Assembly: GCA_951406725.2 (NCBI GenBank)
Contig: OX597814.1
Coordinates: forward strand, 224,316,001-224,380,000
DNA length: 64,000 bases
Reading direction: 5' to 3'
Origin: Octopus vulgaris
Taxonomy: Eukaryota
The notes beneath the pieces were generated by a model. It saw only the letters and a list, made by a program, of their open reading frames with translations. It did no database searches and had not been told where the DNA came from. Each line of letters opens with the position of its first letter. The stretch's first letter is position 1. The translations under genes were made by a program, and so were the position numbers. Positions 27,005 through 40,220 of the stretch are shown piece after piece.

Positions 27005-27879
27005 CAAACTGGTCGCTCCTCGCGGTAGTATAGAGGATCTTCGTCGATGCCTCCACCAAATTTGGAAGTGGTCTAACGATTGGGACCTGTGTCTGAACGT
27101 GTCAAAGTGCTGTCATCTGCCTGTCGGCTCTACTCCTGCAACTCAACTTGATTTCGAGCCGGGTCGTCTGCTGCTGGAGAGGACCGATCAGGTAAAGGAC
27201 CTGGGTATCTTGGTGGATTCCTCCTTTTCGCCTTCGGCCCAGTGCGTCCATGCTGCCAACAAAGCGCGCGGAATTCTGTTTTTGATTCGACTGTCATTCG
27301 GAATGCTCACAGCAGCCATATTCCTACCACTCTATGTCACGCTGGTGAGACCCATATTGGAGTATGGGATTCAAGCCTCTTTTCCTTATCTCCTCAAAGA
27401 CATACAGCATCTCGAAAGAGTCCAGAGGCTGGCTACCCTCATGGTTCATGGTCTCAAAAATTTGTCCTACGAAGAAAGGCTGAGGACGCTCGACCTTTAT
27501 TCTCTTGAAAAACGCCGCCGCCGTGGTGATCTCATTCTCGCCCACAACATTATAAGCAGGAAGTGTAACCTCTCGAAAGAGCTGTTCTTCACTCCTGCTC
27601 CGGAGCGTCGGCTGCGGGGTCATTCCGAAAAGCTCTACCTGCGACGATTTCATCTCAATCGAAGGAGAGGAGCTTTCTCCGTCCGGGTTGCGGATCCGTG
27701 GAACAAGCTGCCAGACGAGATGGTGAAGATGCCGACGACCGCTTTGTTCAAAGCCTCCCTGGACCTCAAGTGGCCTGAACTCTTTACATGAACACCACCC
27801 TGTACTTAACTCCATATCCCCCTACATGAACTTGCTATTTGCTTTTGAGCCAAATTAACTAACTAACTAACTAACTAAC
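27005..27879 (+). mobile_element. CR1-clade LINE, 5'-truncated and young, with (CTAA)n tail
   Basis: Uninterrupted frame to 27791 with KDLGILVD, RPILEYG, LERVQR, RRRRGDLI and WNKLP, then a short 3' UTR and (CTAA)n. Confidence 0.9.
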
Positions 27880-28012
27880 AAGGGGCTAAACATAGAGGGG
27901 ACAAACAAGGACAGACAAAGGGATTAAGTCGATTACATCGACCCCAGTGCGAAACTGGTACTTTATTTATCGACCCCGAAAGGATGAAAGGCAAAGTCGA
28001 CCTCGGCGGAAA
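27878..28012 (-). mobile_element. SINE family B split by the CR1 insertion (remainder at 26988-27004)
   Basis: TTTCTTTATTGCCC | ACAAGGGGCTAAACATAGAGG rejoins to give the family tail. Confidence 0.8.
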
Positions 28013-29351
28013 TAATTATTAATATAGCTTAGCTTCTTAGTTTATGACAGTTCATCAAATGTGATGACATCGTCGATCTAAGACATTCATCTCTCTCCGT
28101 CTCCAATACATTGTTTCTCATGAGAGCGGACATGGTTGCCAAGATCAATACGAAACAGGTAGATCCTGTGGCACTAATGACACTTAAATTAATAATGTAT
28201 TCACAAATATAACATCAAAGAGTCATCGTAGAACACACACACACACACAGACGCGCGCGTGCAAAACCCCCCACAAACTTACGTTCCCTTTTTTCATAGT
28301 ATTGCATTGTTTTTTAGCCCCAGTACTCAAGCTATCGTTGATTAAGTAGACCCTATGATCAAAGACATCCCAACCTTGCCTACTCGTTTTTCTAGTAGTG
28401 TCTAGATTTATCAGGTGCGTCTTCTCTGTGTATAGGACAGTAGAGTATTACTTGAAGGAGATTTAGTTGCTATTTTTAGAAGGTCCACCGTGTAACTCCT
28501 ACAGTGTCAACATACACTCTCAGGCCAAGTCACTAGCATAACAGATGTAAGTGCGAAACATTAAGGTAGCTTCAATCAACGATATCCCGATAGGATCAAA
28601 AGATCCTATAAAGCGTACACATAACTTGAATAACACATAACGCTTAACTGCTCATAAATAACGCAAACGTAAGAACCACTAGATTTCCTGAAAATACCTT
28701 ACAGCTGCTAATGAACTCTTACGGTTGTTATACATATATATACCGCATCATCAAAATTACATAAAAAAAAGAATTACTGGGTTTCCTCTCGGTTCCTTTT
28801 TCACCGCCAAAATACACTCTAACCAACCTTGAAAATATGCTTGGTCGATCAAATGCGCAAGACGTAAAATCGTTTCTATTTCAGAATACTGCTCCAATAT
28901 ACGGGGCGGAATTCCAATTACTCCACTCACACATCGCTCTCTCTCTCTCTTTTGCTCTCTCTATTTCTCTCTCTCTCTTTCCCTCTCTCTCTCCCCCCCT
29001 CTCTCTCTTTATGTAATAGACAAATAACACACAATATCTATTCATCTACCGAAGAGTTATTTTCTTTTCCTGTGCTTTCTAGTGATAGGCGTGATCTCCA
29101 GGCAACTTAGATACCTCGCACCAAGCTGATATTGCCTGTGTGAATAAACACCATGGAAACCACCTTCAATGGGGGATGTGACAAGCTCAGTTTCTTTCAA
29201 AAGTACAAAGACACAGTAACAACACACAACAAAGAATTTCTATGGTCCTTGCTGTATTTCATTTTCTTTATCCTCGACAACCTACATTTAAAATCATCAA
29301 CTTGTCGCAGATCTTCAGTTTCATATTTCCTGGTGGTCTCGCATATTTCTT

Positions 29352-29437
<86 letters not shown>

Positions 29438-29450
29438 CATCCATCCATCC

Positions 29451-29529
<79 letters not shown>

Positions 29530-29550
29530 CATCCATCCATCCATCTATCT

Positions 29551-30392
29551 ATGTGCTACCGAGAAGCGCTACCCGTTCGGGATAAGCTCTATAGGCATGG
29601 CTCGAGAAACACGGGGCCGACCTGCCCGAGATGCGGTCAGAGCGACGAAACCGCTCTGCACGCAATCGTGCAGTGTCCAACAATTTCCCACCTGTGGGCT
29701 TATGTCGAACGACTGCTGTCACGTGTGGGACGTGTCGGTTTATCAGCCGAGTCTATCGTTAATATCGTCACGCCTCCTTCCTTCAAACGGGAAGGAAGAG
29801 CTATTTTTATCATACTTGTGACTATGGCGAAAGAATGTATCTGGTGGACGCGCCTGAAAGGATTAGAGACAAACACTTTCCTCTCTGGTCAATCTCTCAT
29901 CAACTTCTTCAAGTATCACTTGAGGAGGAAAGTGAGAGTAGAGAGGCAAGTTTTGTCTAGTGAATGTTTTAAAAAAAGATGGGTGAATGTAGCAAGGATG
30001 GCACGTATGAATGACGAAGCCACCTTGACTATGATTCTATGAACCATAAAAATTAATACAGTGAGTTGCTTATTTGCAAAAAAATAAATAAAAGAAATAT
30101 AACATGTGACTTCATTGACCGAGGTTACCGTGGTCTTTTCCGTAGGCTTTTCTTTCCACGGGTAAACCTCACCTGTCCTCCCCTTTACACTTCATATTGA
30201 CATTTCTGTGATAACGATTAATTGTTTTTCCTCCCCCCACTTTTTTTTTAACCCCCCCTTTTTTTTGTCCTCTTTCTCTCCTTTTACGATCCCTTTTGAT
30301 CGACCCCCCCCATTTTTTCACCTTCAAAAGAAAAGCTCTACCTTGTAATTTGTTCTATCTGTGTGCAGCCCTGTGTGGCTAATAAAGAAACA
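29551..30392 (+). mobile_element. Tx1/L1-clade LINE 3' end inserted in (ATCT)n
   Basis: EALPVRDKL...CPRCGQSDETALHAIVQC (zf-RVT) and AKECIWWTR, stop at 30042, 3' UTR ending AATAAAGAAACA, (CTAT)n on both sides. Confidence 0.85.
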
Positions 30393-30469
30393 TATCTATC
30401 TATCTATCTCTATACATACACACATTATATAATATAATATAATACACACACACACACACACACACATAT

Positions 30470-31030
30470 ATAGGGGGAGAATTCATGAAAAAAAAAAACA
30501 AAAGATAAAGACAGGTGGTGTAGAAAACAAACATGTATTAGCTTAAAGCTCGGGAACTGAAAAAGTCTTTTATGTTTCGAGCCTACGCTCTTCCACAGAA
30601 AGAAACAAGGAGAGAAAAAAAATGTGTAGTGGCTTGTTCGTTCGCCTGTTATACATCAGGTAGTTAGAGAGGTGGAGGTGGAGTAAGGGTGAGAGAGGTA
30701 GAGAGAGAAGTGAAGAAAGAAGAAAAGAGAAAGGTGATTAATATTAATACACCTGGGCCAAATGCGTCGCGTGGTCAGTTGAAGGTAGAGGCAAAGAACG
30801 AGAGAAAATGACAACGAGAGAAAAGGAGGGAGAGAGAAGTGCTAACGACGTGCGGTGGGGTGGGGGAAGGAATATTTATCATGTAGTTAAAACGTTAGCT
30901 GAAGGGAAAGGTAGTTAGAGAGAGATGGATAGGAGAGGCAATTATATTAAGAGAGAGAGAGAGAGAGAGAGAGGCAGACAGAGACAAAGACAGAAAGAGA
31001 GAGAGGTAGATAGCGGTGGTGGTGGCATGT
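30470..31030 (-). mobile_element. Penelope-like terminal repeat fragment with variant hammerhead
   Basis: Homologous to 37795-37990 and 40553-40730; abuts TA/CA repeats. Confidence 0.65.
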
Positions 31031-31450
31031 TGACTGAAAAGTTTTTTTACTAAACTAATTTTTTATAACGACCATTGTCTGTTCGCTTAAAAAACTGATA
31101 TTTGTTTATAAGGGTTAATTTAGCCTAAGCTCTGGATTCACAAGAAACACAGCTACAAACAGCCCGGGAAAAGGATGCACAAATATCGAGTACGAATGAG
31201 AGAGGAAGAGAGAGAAGATGTAAATAAAAGAGGGGAAAAAGACTACAACAACGGACACGTGTGGAAAAGAATGTAGACGAACATCAAGAATATTTAAAGA
31301 AAGCTAAACTATGAATGCTATAAAAATGCAAATCATCCTTTCTTTTTTAAATAGGTTCTCTTCATTTTTTCCTTTCCGTGGAATTTTTATGGGTTCTATT
31401 AGTGTATATATAATCATGTGTGTGTGAGTGTGTGTGTGTGTGCGTGCGCG

Positions 31451-33208
31451 CAGGGTGTCCATGAAGCCATTTTACAATTTCAAAAATGTATTACAAATGC
31501 AACTGAGGAGATATGCATATCAGATTTGTTCTATGTATTGCGGTTATCAACATTTTTAACCACAATGCATTTGTGTTTTTCAGGTACCCTCTTGATGGAA
31601 AAGGCTCTCTTAAATGAAACCCTTAAAAATGGTTACTCCCCAAGAAAAGACTATGTGTATAATGGTTTACTGAAATATAATCAGGCACGCAGACCTAAGA
31701 TTAAGTATCACTGTCACATCCGTCAATTCGTGCTTGGCACAAGAAATTTATAGAAACTGGAACAGTGTTGGACAAAGGGAGGAGAGGACGACCAAAATTA
31801 TCCGAGGAAAACATCGATCGTATATGACACGAATTTGCTAGTTCTACAAAGACTTCTGTCAGATACTTACAGCTACCATGTTCAACGGTGCAGAAAATCC
31901 TACGCAAGAACTTGCGATTGAACGCTTACGAAGTGCAACTCTTACAGGCACTCGAACCAAATGATAAACCAAGACGAAAAGAGCTTGCAGTTAACATACT
32001 GGAACGAATTTCTGATGCAGCGTTCCTCACACGAGTTTGTTTTAGTGATGAGGCAACCTTTCATGTTTCAGGGAAACTGAACACACATAGGAGGATCTGG
32101 GGATCAAAACAACCCCTCGTGACTAGGGAACTTCACTGAGATAGTCCAAAGGTAAATGTCTGGTGTGGGATGATGTACAATCGAATCCCTGGTCCATTTT
32201 CTTTACAGAGTGATCATTTTCTTATTTCTTTATTGCCCACAAGGGGTTAAACATAGAGGGGACAAACAAAGACAGACAAAGGAAGTTGATTACATCGACT
32301 CCAGTGCGTAACTAGTACTTAATTTATCGACCCCGAAAAGATGAAAGTCGCCCTCGGCGGAATTTGAACTCAGAACGTAAAGACAGACGAAATACCTATT
32401 TCTTTATTACCCATAAGGGGCTAAACATAGAGAGGACGAACAAGGGCAAACATAGGTATTAAGTCGATTACATCGACCCCAGTGCGTAACTGGTACTTAA
32501 TTTATCGACCCCAGTGCGTAACTGGTACTTAATTTATCGACCCCAGTGCGTAACTGGTACTTAATTTATCGACCCCGAAAGGATGAAAGGCAAAGTTGAC
32601 CTCGACGAAATTTGAACTCACAACGTAACAACAGACGAAATACGGCTGCGCATTTCGCCCGTCGTGCTAACGTTTCTGCCAGCTCGCCGCGTGCTCAGAG
32701 TGGTCATTTTCTGCAAAATTTTACCTTGATCTTTTGTTGAATTTATGGCAATACAATTGGATGACTATCAACCAATCATTATTTTCCAGTAGGATGGTGC
32801 ACCACCATATTGGGGACTGGATGTTCGTGGGTTCCTAAATGAAACATTTCCAGACATGGTGAATTAGAAGGGATGGCCTCATTCCCTGGCCACCTCGCTC
32901 CTCGGATATCACTACCCTGGACTTTTTTCGATGGACATCGTGTATCGAACAAAAATACGGGACATCAAAATCCTGAAGCAAAAGATCACTGATGCCATTG
33001 CCGCCATTGTTAAGGTTATGCTACAGCGAACATGGCAAGAAATTGATAACCGGTTTGATGTGCTTGGTGTAACTAATGGTGCTCATATATTAAAGGAGGC
33101 AAAAAAAAAATGCAATATCTACTCCTTATTTTGCAATAATTTCCACAGATATATCTATTTATTTCCTATTATAATAAATTCTTAAATTTGTAAAAAGACT
33201 TTATGGAC

Positions 33209-33214
<6 letters not shown>
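31451..33214 (+). mobile_element. Tc1/mariner superfamily DD41D (rosa-like) transposon, pseudogenised
   Basis: TIRs CAGGGTGTCCATGAAG..TTTACAATTT / AAATTTGTAAAA..ATGGACACCCT. Motifs FSDEATFHVSG, SPKVNVWCG, FQ*DGAPP and WPPRSSDITTLDF. About 41 residues separate the 2nd and 3rd D after frameshift repair. Confidence 0.85.
32223..32695 (-). mobile_element. SINE family B dimer inserted in the DD41D element, 17-bp TSD
   Basis: TSD CAGAGTG(A/G)TCATTTTCT at 32206-32222 and 32696-32712; internal 32-bp tandem repeat at about 32472-32575. Confidence 0.9.
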
Positions 33215-33259
<45 letters not shown>

Positions 33260-33261
<2 letters not shown>

Positions 33262-34052
33262 TGGTTGTCTACTCACTGCTCTTCATCTCCTCCTGGTTTC
33301 CAGCTTAACTCCTCTCTCTTGCTCCATAGCCAACAAGAGGCTCTTTCAGTTGCCTCTTCCATCCTGCGCACAGCCACCTTTCGCCCCTTACCTCTCATTC
33401 CAATGGCTGTAAGCACTGTCGATGTCAACTGAGCAGGGACTTCCCTACAACCAACCTCGACTGGGAAGACCCATATCTGCTATCCCTTCTCCCTGCAATC
33501 CTGCAGAAGGCTCTCATATCTGGCACGCCTCCGTTCATGGGCCTCGTCACACCCCTCTTCCCATGGAACTAGAAGTTCAATTACAACAATTTTCTTGGCT
33601 TTTTCAGACCACAGGTCCACATTTGGAATCGGGGTTGTATGGACGACCTGGGAAAACTGCAATCTCTCCCCTAGGTTCACTTTCATATCCCATAGTTGAG
33701 ATCCATGCAACAAGCTATGTATTGTCTTTGTTGATTTTACTGGCCACTCCCCATTTTCTTGAACATATTTTCTGCTGTTGCCTTCTCCTGGTGATGATGT
33801 TTCTTTGTTTTTTTCCAACTCCAGTGTATGAGCAAGTATTGCAAACGCTCTATCATAGCGCCATTTATATCTACCTTGAGAAAGTGCTATTCTGCACCCT
33901 GCTAAGATGTGTGCCAGAGTGTCCCTTTCTCCATAAAGTCGACACAGCTGGTCTTTCATCAAACCCCATCTGGGCAGGCCTGTTGGTGTTGTAAGTATGT
34001 CATACACCGCCTGCAGAAGGAAGGAAATGCGAAAAGGTTCCAGTCTCCAATA
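33260..34052 (-). mobile_element. HERO-clade-like RLE LINE, 3' remnant
   Basis: WRLEPFRISFLLQAVYDIL, TLAHILAGC, QGRYKWRYD, VIELLVPWEE and AHERRRARY. Confidence 0.8.
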
Positions 34053-34176
34053 TATACATATACCGCACCCTGAATATTCATACACATACACTCATACATA
34101 TGTCCATGTGCTCACAAGTATGAATATAATTGTGTATACCTGCACAAACGTAAATCTGGGAATAATATATATATAT

Positions 34177-34402
34177 ATTTCCTTACTACCCACAAGGGGC
34201 TAAACACAGAGGGGACAAACAAGGACAGACAAACGGATTAAGTCGATTATATCGATCCCAGTGTGTAACTGGTACTTGTTTAATCGACCCCGAAAGGATG
34301 AAAGGCAAAGTCGACCTCGGCGGAATTTGAACTCAGAACGTAACGGCAGACGAAATACGGCTACGCATTTCGCCCGGTGTGCTAACGTTTCTGCCAGCTC
34401 AC
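34177..34402 (-). mobile_element. SINE family B (tail type 1) in (TA)n
   Basis: Full family sequence; AATATATATATATATT on both flanks. Confidence 0.9.
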
Positions 34403-34611
34403 CTAATATATATATATATTATATGTATACATGCACAAAAGTATAATCTGTGAATAATATATGTAATATTTAAAACAGTTTTCGTAATATTTCGTGTTAC
34501 GCTAAGACGCGGTGCACGTTACCAGAATTTTGGATTCGAGCCAATCGTTGTGAGAGTATCCGCATAAGTAGAGCCTGGATCAGCAAATTTGTACTGACAT
34601 GGAGCCGCATA

Positions 34612-34780
34612 GTTTGTAATAATGAAGTCAAACCAAATATTTCAAAACACTTTAAAATGCTTTACCTGAGAAAGGTTTACGTAATGGAAGCATTTTCTAT
34701 TATATATTATGCACACCTAAAACATACGTATTAAATGATTTCAAAATATCATTATTTGGTTTGACTTTCTTATTACGACT
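34612..34780. mobile_element. Small MITE-like inverted repeat
   Basis: GTTTGTAATAATGAAGTCAAACCAAATA / TATTTGGTTTGACTTTCTTATTACGAC. Confidence 0.5.
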
Positions 34781-34867
34781 TATATGTATGTGTGTATATA
34801 TATATACACACACAAGCACACACATATATAGATAGAGAGATGCATACATATATGTGTGTGTATGTAT

Positions 34868-35231
34868 ATATATATAAACGGCAGTTTGTCTGTGTGTGTT
34901 TCTGTGTGTCTGTTAGGTTGTACCCTCACCCTAACCACGGCTTTCAACCGATTCTGATGAAATTTGACACACACATAGCCCAATGTCATAATTCAAAACT
35001 AACGCAGCGACAATTTTGAAAAGTTCCCCCAGTTCTGAAAAAAATCGATAAATTCGACATGGGGTCGAGAATTAGAAACACAAACCACAGACTGTCTAGG
35101 GGACGCAACTCGACCTTTTTAACTAAAAAAAATTTACCATAATTTTTTTTCCATTTTTTGGCTATAACTCTCTAAAAATGCTTTATAGTTATTTCCCTTA
35201 CAAACCCGAGCAACGCCGGGCGATACTGCTA

Positions 35232-35232
<1 letters not shown>
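34868..35232 (+). mobile_element. Non-autonomous Helitron
   Basis: 3' hairpin CCCG-agcaacgc-CGGG (35205-35220) followed by CTAG|T; 5' ATATATAAA then a GTCT/GT microsatellite; internal AACCGATTCTGATGAAATTTG. Confidence 0.75.
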
Positions 35233-35270
<38 letters not shown>

Positions 35271-35728
35271 TGTATATATATATATATGCATGTATATAAG
35301 GAATAATTTGGAGGATATTATTTTAAAGGAATTTTAAGAATAACAACTAATTAATTCACTGTTGTCTCAGACTAAATTAATTATAAATGTGTGTTTCTAT
35401 CAGAATCTGTGTGTGTGTGTGTGTGTAAATCGTAAATGCTTGGTGATGTCTGGAATATAGATTAACTTCTAATGTCACCCTCTTTAAACTGGAGGACAAA
35501 CATTCACGCGTGTGTACAAACATTCGCAATTCTGTTATCCTCTTTTCCATACGGTAGAGCTGTTATGTTCCATGACAGTACTAACAGGTATAATTATATT
35601 CAAAATATTATGTTCGAATCTAGCAGGAGTTTGAGGGTAAATGTCAAAATTATATAAACTTACAGGAGTGCGTATGTGTGTATGTATGTACGTATGAATG
35701 TATGTATGGATATATATATATATATATT

Positions 35729-35784
<56 letters not shown>

Positions 35785-36135
35785 CATATGTGTGAATGTA
35801 GATGTATGTATAGTGTATATAGTTGTAAATATATACATATATATCTATAAATATATTCATTATAGTTAGATAGATAGATAGATAATTGTATATGTATGAA
35901 TTTACATATCAGTGTATTCTCTACTGAATTAATATATATTAATATTTAGGATAACTGGTTTTCCTATTTATCTGTTTTATATTTAGATTTCAGGATGTGA
36001 TACTATAAATATCAATATTACGATAAAATTTTAACTATTTTTACACACTTGGAGAATACGTAGAGTTTGTTAATGTAAGTTCTCTACGAGAAATACTAAC
36101 TGTTATTCAAATGCAACATATTTCTAAAGCTTCTA

Positions 36136-36175
<40 letters not shown>

Positions 36176-36199
36176 TCTCTTTATATATATACATATATG

Positions 36200-36270
<71 letters not shown>

Positions 36271-36280
36271 TAATACACAC

Positions 36281-36337
<57 letters not shown>

Positions 36338-37127
36338 TAATTTTACTGAACCTTCAGCTTTTTTATGCTAGACCAGTGGTGTGAAATTGATGTTAATTAA
36401 ATTAATATCTAATTTCTCACCCTCATTTTAAATTTATATATATATATATATATCTGTCTATCTGTCTGTCAGTCTGTGTGTCTGTCTGTCTGTCAGTCTG
36501 ACTGTCTGTCTGTCTCTCTTTCTCTCTCTCTCTCTATCTATCTATCTATCCACCTTCCTACGTATATATCTGAGTGCCTATCTATTTGTGTGCTTGTCTA
36601 CCTATCTATATGTCTTTCTATGTATGCGTGTGTTATTTATATTTCCCTGCATAAATACTGGTTCTCGCATCATCCTAACTGGGAAGTTATACTAAAAGTT
36701 CTTTCACAGAACTTTGTAACACTGACATATTTATCCTGATGTATAACTGATTCAGGTCGTTTGGTAAGCTCCTTTCTTTTATTAGAATGGAACCGAATTT
36801 TTCGATGATAAATGATATGACTTTCAAGTTTGTATCCTCACGGTCTCTATATTTTTACTTTTTATTTAACATACTTCGCGATTGTTTTTCTACTATCTTG
36901 TCTATAACGTCTTTTATCTGAAGGAATTGCAAATCTATCAGTTATGGAAACATTCCCTTAGTTTATGTCATATCTACTGATATCCAGTCTACGGGGTTTC
37001 AGTTATTCTGTCTAGATGTCAAAATCCCATTTAATATTTACTTTATATCTTCATTTAGAACCTCTTCAGATATGATTGCACCACGTCTAAAGTGTCCTTA
37101 TACTTTTAACAAATTGGTCAGTATAAA

Positions 37128-37320
37128 TTCTTTTCTACTCTAGGCACAAGGCACGAAATTTTGGAAGAAGGATCCAGTCGATTAAATCGACCCCAGTATG
37201 CAACTAGTACTTAATTAATCGATTCCGAAAGGATGAAAAGCAAAGTCGACCTCCACGAAATTTGGACTCAGAACGCAAAGCATTTCGTCCGGCGTGCTAA
37301 CATTTCTGCCAACTCGTTGC
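37128..37320 (-). mobile_element. SINE family B (tail type 2)
   Basis: Family core and tail in reverse complement. Confidence 0.8.
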
Positions 37321-37760
37321 TTTGTGGTCAATATAAATTGTGATGTCGTGGCATGTATCGTTTCTGAGATACCATTTTGCAACCTACTTCGATATGATCG
37401 ATATTTACCTCTGGTCGATTACATAGATGGCGCTTGTGCGTGCAAACGGTGAAGTTAATACTTTTACTCACTGAACTTGTGGTAAAAGCTTCATCTTCAT
37501 CAGACACCAAGAAACTTTCCATTTTTTTTTAAAGGCTCCATTCTGGGACCACTCGCACTATGAGCCAGAATTCTTCACTTTCTTGGTGTCTTTCTTGAAC
37601 TATCCAAATAAAATCATATTTTCTGGCACTTCCTTTCTTTCACAAACTATGTTATAAATACATTCATATAAATGTGTATATGTATAAATATGCATATCTA
37701 AACATATATGTACACACACATGCATATGTATGTATATACGTATATAGGCATGGCTGTATT

Positions 37761-37794
<34 letters not shown>

Positions 37795-37796
<2 letters not shown>

Positions 37797-39321
37797 CGGG
37801 AAGCTTTATGAAAATAAACAAAAGACGAAGGCAGGTGGAAAACAAACGAACAATTGTATTAGTATGGCGCTCAGGAAATATAAATAAAACAAGTCTTTAA
37901 CGTTTCGAGCCTACGCTCTTCAACAGAAAGATACACAGAGAGAGAAAAACACAGAAAGAAGGAGTGAAAAAAATGCGTGCAGTAGCTAACGAATCAACAT
38001 GGCGATCTGATTTCGGCCAGAGGTCAAAGATCAAACATGAGACGCGAGAGCGAAATAAGGGGAGATAATAGGGTTGATAAAAGGGTTGAGGGACCAGCTA
38101 CAAGTGCGTGGGAGGGGTCTGGATGTGTGTATGTATAGGGTTGGTGTATGTATTAGTATGTATAAGGGTGTGTGTGTGTGTGTGTGTGTGTGTATGAGAG
38201 AGTATTAGTGCGTAAGATTGGTCTGGACGTGCGTATGTATGGGGTTGGTGTATGTATTAGTATGTATTAGTATGTATTAGTACGTATTGGTATGTATAGG
38301 TGTGTGTGTGTGTGTGTGAGAGAGTATAAGTGCGTATGCGGGGTCTGGACGTGTGTATGTATAGGGTTGGTGTAAGTATTAGTATGTACTAGTATGTATT
38401 AGTACGTATTAGTAGGTATTAGTTGGTGTGTGTATTAGTATGGCACATCATATGTGATGTGATGTGTAAAGTCATGTGGTGTAGTGAGGAGAAGAGGGGA
38501 GGGGGAGAAGAGGGGCAGAGAAGGGGAGGGGAAGAAGAGGGGGAGAAGGGGGAGAGGAGAGGATGGGGGAGAAGGAAGGGGATGAGGGGGATGAAGGAGG
38601 AAAGAGGGAGAGGGGGAGAGAGGGAGTGAGGGAGCAGAGGGAAGGGGAAGAGGGAGGGAGAAAGAGGGAAGAAGGGAAGGGGAGTAGGGGTGAAAGGATG
38701 AAGGACTGAAGAAGTAGGGGTCGGGGGAGAAAGGATAGGTGAGGAGGGGGGTGAGGTTAGATGAGGAGGGGGAGAGTTGAGACCAAATGGCGTATAAGAG
38801 CGAAGAGAGAAGATTAATTCCTGTTCACGGCGCAAACGGGAATCCGGATGGCCTCTGTGTAAGGACAAACCGAACACAGATAGGTGTTGCAAGGAGTGAC
38901 CGGTGGAGCGGAAATGGCGTGAGACCGGTGTGTCGTTCGCAAGGTGGATGTCACGAAGGTGTTCCGCGAACCGGTCAGCCAAGCGGCGTCCCGTTTGTCC
39001 GATGTACAAGGAATTGCAGAGAGAGCAAGAGATGCAATAGATAATATTGCTGGAGGTGCAGGTGAAGGAGTGGATGATGGGATAGGGTCGATGGTGGGTG
39101 CTAGTGAGGCGGGTGGTGTTGGAGATGTAAGGGCAAGTGCGGCAACGTGGGCGGGAGCAGGGGAACGAGCCGGGTTGGGAGGTAGGGTCAGGGAAGGAGC
39201 TATGGACCAAAAGGGTTCGAAGGTTGTGGGCTCGTTTGAAAGAGGGGAGGGGTCGGTTAGGGAAGAGGTGTGAAGTGGACGGGTCGGACTGGAGATGACG
39301 GAAAGCTCGAAGAATGGTGCG

Positions 39322-39322
<1 letters not shown>
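37795..39322 (-). mobile_element. Penelope-like element (Neptune-like), 5'-truncated, inserted in (TA)n
   Basis: ORF 38419-39210 has CSRPRCRTC, FTCTSSNIIYCISC..C..LYIGQTGR.L..RF.EH and RE..LI..L....P.GLN (GIY-YIG endonuclease). The long 3' tail holds a hammerhead-like fold, and TA arrays lie on both sides. Confidence 0.9.
37894..37931 (-). ncRNA. Hammerhead-like motif with variant core
   Basis: TCTTT-CTGTTGA-A-GAGC gtag GCTC-GAAA-C-GTT-AAAGA. Confidence 0.55.
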
Positions 39323-39374
<52 letters not shown>

Positions 39375-39719
39375 TGTATATACCGATCTATGTCGGTGGA
39401 AGAACGAGAATATCGACGTTTTGAAATATAATGAGCTTTCTTTTTCTTTTTCTACTTATTTCGCCGAGATCAACTTTGCCATTGGTCCTTTCGGGTTCTA
39501 TAAAATAAGTGCTAGTTAATTACTGGAGTTGATGAAGTCGACTTACCCGATCTCAAAAACTGTCGGCTTGCTGAAAACCACAACTGTTGTTGTTGCTGTT
39601 GTTGTTGTTTTGGTAATTTCAGGCCTATTTCTACTTCATCCCCTGCGACACTTTCGTGTTGCTTGGGTTTGTGCAGCATTGTGTGTGCTTCCGTTGGGTT
39701 ATCAGCCAGTTGGTGGTTG

Positions 39720-39927
39720 TTTATTTTATTGGATATTTGCTATAAAGGGTATGTCTTGAGTTTGTGGATTGTTTAGCTTGGGTTGTATTATTGAATTGAT
39801 AGTGTCTTGCGTAAGATGCGCGTTGTTCCTAGCAGGGCTATTTTTTGAATAGTGTGTAGTGCTGAGAATCCAGGTATTGCTTATACGTTTTTGCGTATGT
39901 TTTTTTATAATGCCCAATGTTCCAATT
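39720..39927 (-). mobile_element. R4/Dong 3'-end remnant
   Basis: GTLGIIKK...IPG....IQKIALLGTTRILRKTLSIQ*, paralleling the 5519 ORF end. Confidence 0.7.
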
Positions 39928-40132
39928 CTTCTTCTTCTTCTTCTTCTTCTTCTTCTTCTTCTTCTTCTTCTTCTTCTTCTTCTTCTTCTTCTTCTTCGTC
40001 TTCTTCGTCTTCTTCTTCTTCTTCTTCTTCTTCTTCTTCTTCTTCTTCGTCTTCTTCTTCTTCTTCTTACTACTACTACTACTACTACTACTACTGATGA
40101 TGATGATGGTGATGATGATTATGATGATGATG

Positions 40133-40208
<76 letters not shown>

Positions 40209-40220
40209 TAATAATAATAA
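39927..40220. repeat. (CTT)n-(ACT)n-(GAT)n-(AAT)n compound microsatellite
   Basis: Read directly from the sequence. Confidence 0.95.

Noticed and set aside
32472-32575. 32-bp direct repeats resembling a CRISPR array
   Set aside because: There are no spacers; it is a tandem duplication within a SINE in eukaryotic DNA.
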